DNA from: Snowella sp.
Lineage (GTDB): Bacteria; Cyanobacteriota; Cyanobacteriia; Cyanobacteriales; Microcystaceae
Reading direction: 5' to 3'
NCBI GenBank assembly: GCA_035285545.1
Contig: JAYKGY010000062.1
Coordinates: 1-32,000 of the forward strand
Length of the DNA stretch: 32,000 nucleotides
Shown in pieces: positions 28,234 to 32,000 of this stretch. Each line of letters starts with the position of its first letter. Position 1 is the stretch's first letter. The notes beneath the pieces are model-generated. The model saw nothing but the letters and a program-made list of their open reading frames with translations, was not told where the DNA came from and did no database searches. The position numbers and the translations under genes are program-made.

Positions 28234-28540
28234 GTGAACCTGGGCTAGTAAAGCGTTACTATCATTGTCAAGATTAGTAGGATTCGCTGAGTTTGTACGC
28301 GCTTGCTTTTTTTAATAGTTTCTTGGTTGTTGAAGCAGTTTTAAGAAAGTGAGATATCCGCAAAATAGCAGATTTGCCAATATAACATGCCTTTAAGACT
28401 AGTAAAAATAAATTTAGAACGATTTCGCGTCATTCTTATGAAGAATTGTACACTCTTCTTAACTCTAGAGATTTTTATGTCATGAAACCCTGAATTTAGA
28501 ATCTTGAGGATATACGTTTTTAGGGCATACTATAGCAATC

Positions 28541-28777
28541 CTAAATGATTTGTGTTATTGAGAAGCCTGAAACCCTTACCCAGCGTAGATCAATATTTGC
28601 AACCTGTTTAGGACTGCTATATAATGATGAAAAACTTCTGGTTCTTCTGGTTTCTGTGTAGAAATAAGGTTTATACAGATGCTTTTTTCCTAGAGTAGTC
28701 TTTAAAGCCTTGCCCAATGAGTGTTTCACAGCTAAAAAAAATATCACACACAGTAGTGAAGAGCAAACCTCTTTCAA
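28541..28777 (-). CDS. Hypothetical ORF in the AT-rich islet (TTG start); doubtful
   Basis: The only support is that an open frame is unusual in DNA this AT-rich. The composition is atypical and no motif was recognised. Confidence 0.15.
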   Translation of the reverse strand: MKEVCSSLLCVIFFLAVKHSLGKALKTTLGKKHLYKPYFYTETRRTRSFSSLYSSPKQVANIDLRWVRVSGFSITQII

Positions 28778-28782
28778 TCATG

Positions 28783-29055
28783 CTATTTGCAGATAATATA
28801 AAGACAAAAATTTCTTAATAAAATTTGTATTTGGAGTGATATATGGGAAATTTTTGTACAATCTAATCTATTGTCTCTAGTCGAGATTGGGCTAGTAAAA
28901 ACAGTAGGCTTTGCTGATGAGTTTCGAGAAGTTATCTGTGATCGCAAAGATATAATGAACATCAACTGATCAGAATATAACAAAGCATTGGAGCAGACAA
29001 TATTGACATTTTTCGTTCCGTTAAAAGGAGAACACTTTCTGCTTAATTCAGCCAT
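28783..29055 (-). CDS. Hypothetical ORF in the AT-rich islet; doubtful
   Basis: A 90-codon ATG ORF is longer than expected by chance at about 30% G+C. The protein is Ser/Ile/Cys-rich with no recognisable fold or motif. Confidence 0.2.
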   Translation of the reverse strand: MAELSRKCSPFNGTKNVNIVCSNALLYSDQLMFIISLRSQITSRNSSAKPTVFTSPISTRDNRLDCTKISHISLQIQILLRNFCLYIICK

Positions 29056-29117
29056 TAAGGCAGAGATCTTCTTATTTCAAAAGCTTAATACATGTTTAAT
29101 TTTTATTTTGTAAAACT

Positions 29118-29432
29118 ATGACCTATCAAATCACAGCTAAACTTCTCGAACGTCAAATAAATTCACTAAAATCAGCTCTTCCACAACTTAAAGATAACTT
29201 TCCAAAAGCTACTCCAGCTTTAACTGTAGGAGCAGCAGTAGGTGCATTAGTAGGGCACTATGTACAAAAAGCTTTAGAGGATGGCAGCAATATATACAAA
29301 TACGAGGAAGAATTGTCTTCTTTTATTTTTGATGTTAATCCTCTAGAAATTGTAAATAATAAATTGTCTTGCAGCGAACTCATCAAAATCCGAAAGAATA
29401 TTTTTATTCAGAGGACTCAAGGCAAAGAGTAG
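29118..29432 (+). CDS. Small glycine-zipper protein (104 aa), first gene of the islet operon
   Basis: An N-terminal amphipathic helix is followed by ATPALTVGAAVGALVGHYV (GxxxGxxxG glycine zipper) and an acidic YKYEEELSSFIFD segment. Its stop lies 23 nt before the next ATG. Confidence 0.5.
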   Translation: MTYQITAKLLERQINSLKSALPQLKDNFPKATPALTVGAAVGALVGHYVQKALEDGSNIYKYEEELSSFIFDVNPLEIVNNKLSCSELIKIRKNIFIQRTQGKE

Positions 29433-29455
29433 TTATAAAGTATTGGTGCTCGAAT

Positions 29456-30001
29456 ATGTTATGGAGTAGCGTCATTTATCACGAGAAATATTTTTATGTT
29501 GTTTTTTCTCTGTATTTTATATGGTTTGCCCTAACACTACTAACACAAAGCACAAGTAAAGTTTCTAAATCCATTAAACAATATGACTTTTTTTCATTAA
29601 TTCCTTCATGGCATTTTTTTGCTCCGAATCCATCTGTTTCAGATTATGACATTTTGTATCGAACAAAGACAAAATTAGGTCAGGAAAGCGATTTTATTGT
29701 AGCTTATATTACTCCAATAAAAACGATAAAGAATATTTTAATTAATCCTCAAAAAAGGAAGCAAAAAGTTTTTTTTGATACAACATATATGCTTTTAGAA
29801 ATTTCATCAAAGAAAGATCATAAACATATTGTGCTTACTATTCCATATCTTTTGAATCTACACTATGTATCTAACATTGTAAAGAATAGCAAAGTTAAAG
29901 CTGATGCATCTCAGATTCAATTTGCTATTGCAGAGACGAAAAATAAAGGGCTTTACTTTACGACAAGAATAGTCTTTTTGTCATCATGGCATGAACTTTG
30001 A
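29456..30001 (+). CDS. Membrane-anchored HTTM-partner protein (SdpA/DUF5819-like)
   Basis: 181 aa from the ATG at 29456; the track's TTG at 29369 overlaps the upstream gene. N-terminal TM helix YFYVVFSLYFIWFALTLL. The IPSWHFFAPNPSVSDYDILYR motif resembles the W-x-(L/F)-F-(A/T)-P signature I recall from proteins encoded next to HTTM/SdpB genes. Confidence 0.5.
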   Translation: MLWSSVIYHEKYFYVVFSLYFIWFALTLLTQSTSKVSKSIKQYDFFSLIPSWHFFAPNPSVSDYDILYRTKTKLGQESDFIVAYITPIKTIKNILINPQKRKQKVFFDTTYMLLEISSKKDHKHIVLTIPYLLNLHYVSNIVKNSKVKADASQIQFAIAETKNKGLYFTTRIVFLSSWHEL

Positions 30002-30007
30002 ATATTT

Positions 30008-30832
30008 ATGAACAATATTACTACTGTAGAAAATATTATTTTATTTTTTGCTTTGATAGGATTGATTATTGTTGATCTAGAATATCTTTTAACCTCTTCA
30101 ATATACAGTCAACAAAGTTTGCTGACATGGCAAATACTTAGAATTAGAAGCGAGTATTTAAAATCAAATAAAATCGCTCAATACCTAGATGTATTTTTTG
30201 ACTATCCAGGCATTATTTTTATATTTGGATGTAGATTGTTTTTTTCGCTATTTTCTTTGCTAATATTAGCACAAAATAGTTCTTATAACTTATTTTTAAT
30301 TTTTGGAATTTTTATTTTGACCTTGCTTGTTAACTATCGTAATCCATTAGGTCAAGATGGTTCCGATCAAATGCTAAATATAATTATTTGTATTTTATTA
30401 ATAAATAAACTATTTTCAGGAAATTTTCAAGTTCGTGAAATAGGAATTTTTTTTATCTGCCTTCAATCATGTTCATCTTATACTATTGCAGGTTTAGCAA
30501 AATCAATAGGAAATAAATGGTTAGAGGGAAATGCTGTAACTGAAATTTTAAGTACACGCTCTTATGGGAATCTTTATGTTGCTAATTTACTAAATAAAAA
30601 TCTATGGCTAGGAAAAATATTAACGTGGAGTTCGATCATCATAGAAACTATTTTTCCTTTTGTAATTATTCTTCCTAATCCATACTGGAGCTTTTTTTTA
30701 GCATGGGGATTCTTGTTTCATTTATTTAATGCTATTGTGATGGGTCTTAATGTATTCTTCTTAGCATTTATTGCCACTTATCCTGCGATCATATATGTGC
30801 ATTTGGTAATTGAAAGATTACTAAATAAATGA
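30008..30832 (+). CDS. HTTM-domain / SdpB-like polytopic membrane protein
   Basis: 274 aa with about 8 TM helices. NPLGQDGSDQMLNIIICILLI (GGDQ-like motif), AGLAKSIGNKWLEGNAVTEIL and FHLFNAIVMGLNVFFLAF resemble conserved blocks of the SdpB/HTTM (vitamin-K carboxylase-related) family. It starts 6 nt after the previous stop. Confidence 0.6.
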   Translation: MNNITTVENIILFFALIGLIIVDLEYLLTSSIYSQQSLLTWQILRIRSEYLKSNKIAQYLDVFFDYPGIIFIFGCRLFFSLFSLLILAQNSSYNLFLIFGIFILTLLVNYRNPLGQDGSDQMLNIIICILLINKLFSGNFQVREIGIFFICLQSCSSYTIAGLAKSIGNKWLEGNAVTEILSTRSYGNLYVANLLNKNLWLGKILTWSSIIIETIFPFVIILPNPYWSFFLAWGFLFHLFNAIVMGLNVFFLAFIATYPAIIYVHLVIERLLNK

Positions 30833-30958
30833 TAATGTGATTGCGACTTTTTAAGGAAGCATGCCTTGATGAGCCGTTTACTACTGTTTTCACCCCAATT
30901 CAGTGGCAATTAATATTAACCAAATCGAAAAATGATTTAAAATTCCATCAAAAGGTAA

Positions 30959-31099
30959 GTGCAATCCGATGGAAGAATGCGTTTTTGGTCAAAAATCGAG
31001 GAAATGGATGGAAAATACTTGCGTGTTATCCTGTTGGAAGACGGAGAAACTGTTCATAATGCTTTTTTTGACAGAAGTTTTAAGGAGTTAGCAGAATGA
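30959..31099 (+). pseudogene. Probable degraded toxin gene (DUF4258-like C-terminus) coupled to the DUF2283 gene
   Basis: This short frame, not in the ORF track, reads (V)QSDGRMRFWSKIEEMDGKYLRVILLEDGETVHNAFFDRSFKELAE*. GKxLxVxxxxxxxxxxVxTAFxDR resembles the end of DUF4258 toxins. Its stop overlaps the next start as ATGA. The N-terminal part is missing or scattered across frames. Confidence 0.35.
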
Positions 31100-31293
31100 A
31101 GATTCAATATTTTGAAGGTACCGATACCCTGTTTATTACTTTTTCTAATAAAATTCCTGTCGAAACTCGTGATTTGGATGAAAATACGCTATTAGATTTA
31201 GATGAAGAAGGACAACTTTGCAGCATGACCGTCGAACACGCAAAAGAAAGAGTCGGCATTCCTGAAGTTGAATATGAAACAATTTCGGCTTAA
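31096..31293 (+). CDS. DUF2283-domain protein (putative antitoxin)
   Basis: MKIQYFEGTDTLFITFSNKIPVETRDLDENTLLDLDEEGQLCSMTVEHAKERV follows the DUF2283 pattern (Y D xx D xL xI ... D xD xxG xxxG IE I). Confidence 0.8.
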   Translation: MKIQYFEGTDTLFITFSNKIPVETRDLDENTLLDLDEEGQLCSMTVEHAKERVGIPEVEYETISA

Positions 31294-31312
31294 TTCAGTT
31301 TAATTTATCAAT
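31267..31312 (+). repeat. Direct repeat copy A (3' end of the DUF2283 gene plus downstream)
   Basis: gttgaatatgaaacaatttcggcttaattcagtttaatttat. Compare copy B at 31858. Confidence 0.7.
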
Positions 31313-31339
31313 AAATGCAAACAATCAACCTGAATAACG

Positions 31340-31849
31340 ATGGTTCAACAACTTAACCCGACTCAACTTGTCGTCCATACCCTCTCCAATAAATTAGACG
31401 ACTCAAGCCCCCAAATCCGTGCCAAAGCCGCAGAATCCCTCGGCAAAATCGGCGATCGCATGGCAACTGACACCTTACTTAATCATCTACATGAAGAAAC
31501 CGACCTAGAAACGCGACGCACCATCATCCAAGCCCTTGGCCAAATTGGTCAAGAATCCGCTATTCCCTACCTTGCCTTATTTCTAGCCGATATTAATCCC
31601 AGTATTCGTATTGCTGCCACCGAATCCATCGGAAAAATTGGCACAGAAAAAGCCGTCTCCTATCTCGTTCAATCCCTTACCGATGAAGAACCCCAAGTAA
31701 GAGCGATCGCGGCAACTGCATTAGGGGAAATTGGCACAGAAGAAACCCTACCTCCCCTTTCTCATGCCTGTTCTGATGCAGATGACAATGTGCGCCTTAG
31801 TGCCGTTGAAGCTCTGGGAAAAATTGGTCATCGCTATGCCATAAATTAA
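31340..31849 (+). CDS. HEAT-repeat protein (PBS-lyase HEAT-like repeats)
   Basis: 169 aa with five tandem copies of the motif xxVRxxAAxALGxIGxxxAxxxLxxxL. Confidence 0.85.
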   Translation: MVQQLNPTQLVVHTLSNKLDDSSPQIRAKAAESLGKIGDRMATDTLLNHLHEETDLETRRTIIQALGQIGQESAIPYLALFLADINPSIRIAATESIGKIGTEKAVSYLVQSLTDEEPQVRAIAATALGEIGTEETLPPLSHACSDADDNVRLSAVEALGKIGHRYAIN

Positions 31850-31857
31850 TATGTCCC

Positions 31858-31905
31858 GTTGAATATCACCAATTTCAGCTTAATTCAGTTTAAATTTTAT
31901 TAAAA
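31858..31905 (+). repeat. Direct repeat copy B
   Basis: gttgaatatcaccaatttcagcttaattcagtttaaattttat. It matches copy A at roughly 85% by eye and lies 591 bp to its right. Confidence 0.7.
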
Positions 31906-31914
31906 TATCCAACT

Positions 31915-32000
31915 ATGACTGAGCTACTTGAACAGGCAATTTCACGATTAAAAACCTTACCATCTAGTGAACAGGACGCGATCGCAAGACTGATTTTAGA
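31915..32000 (+). CDS. Antitoxin-like small protein, 5' partial (runs off the window)
   Basis: MTELLEQAISRLKTLPSSEQDAIARLIL resembles the N-termini of small cyanobacterial addiction-module components (LxxAxxxLxxLPxxEQDAIAxxIL). Confidence 0.35.
   Translation, partial: MTELLEQAISRLKTLPSSEQDAIARLIL

Noticed and set aside
30841-31059. 72-aa TTG-start ORF from the track, considered as a real gene.
   Set aside because: It has a non-ATG start and no motif. The frame with toxin-like similarity and stop/start coupling to the DUF2283 gene is a different one (30959-31099). The region is best read as a degraded gene.
28108-32000. Direct repeat of the tRNA-Lys 3' end (attR) marking the far edge of the islet.
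   Set aside because: The only match found by eye is the 8-mer aatcccag near 31610, inside the HEAT gene. That is too short to be meaningful.
1-32000. CRISPR arrays, rRNA genes, prophage structural genes, integrases.
   Set aside because: Scanning the sequence and the ORF translations showed no regularly spaced repeats, no rRNA-like sequence and no recombinase or phage-like ORFs.

Overview
Cyanobacterial chromosomal window. This is supported by psb28, psaE, pcyA, ftrV, ycf46 and about 40 copies (counted by eye) of the HIP1 octamer GCGATCGC. Most of it is ordinary core genome: hemA, a devBCA-type ABC exporter, pcyA, tRNA-Leu(UAA), cobN, a CikA-like GAF histidine kinase, psaE, mutM, a sulfide-detoxification pair (DUF442 plus MBL/persulfide-dioxygenase-rhodanese fusion), rpsN, a rubrerythrin-rubredoxin fusion, a CHAT protease, a phytol-kinase-like protein, an aldose epimerase and tRNA-Lys(UUU). 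Two accessory insertions stand out, and they coincide with the two longest HIP1-free stretches, each about 3 kb. (1) A 2.4-kb type II restriction-modification cassette (HTH-fused m5C methyltransferase plus convergent putative endonuclease) lies inside a hicA toxin gene. Its N- and C-terminal halves are still readable on either side, and the cassette is bracketed by imperfect direct repeats. The downstream hicB also looks frameshifted. (2) An AT-rich islet begins exactly at the 3' end of tRNA-Lys. It carries decayed yefM/yoeB-like debris and about 0.9 kb of poorly coding DNA. It then carries a tight three-gene operon: a glycine-zipper small protein, a membrane-anchored SdpA/DUF5819-like protein and an HTTM/SdpB-like polytopic membrane protein. 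This operon is my best candidate for an undescribed peptide-toxin maturation/export or membrane-modification system. To its right are a degraded toxin plus DUF2283 antitoxin pair, a HEAT-repeat gene flanked by about 45-bp direct repeats, and the start of another antitoxin-like gene. Smaller oddities are an in-frame GC-rich palindrome inside cobN, an internally deleted IS982-like element, an intron-less tRNA-Leu(UAA) overlapped by the cobN 3' end, and a small hydrophobic ORF downstream of rpsN. All family assignments come from reading the translations and recalling motifs. No database search was run.
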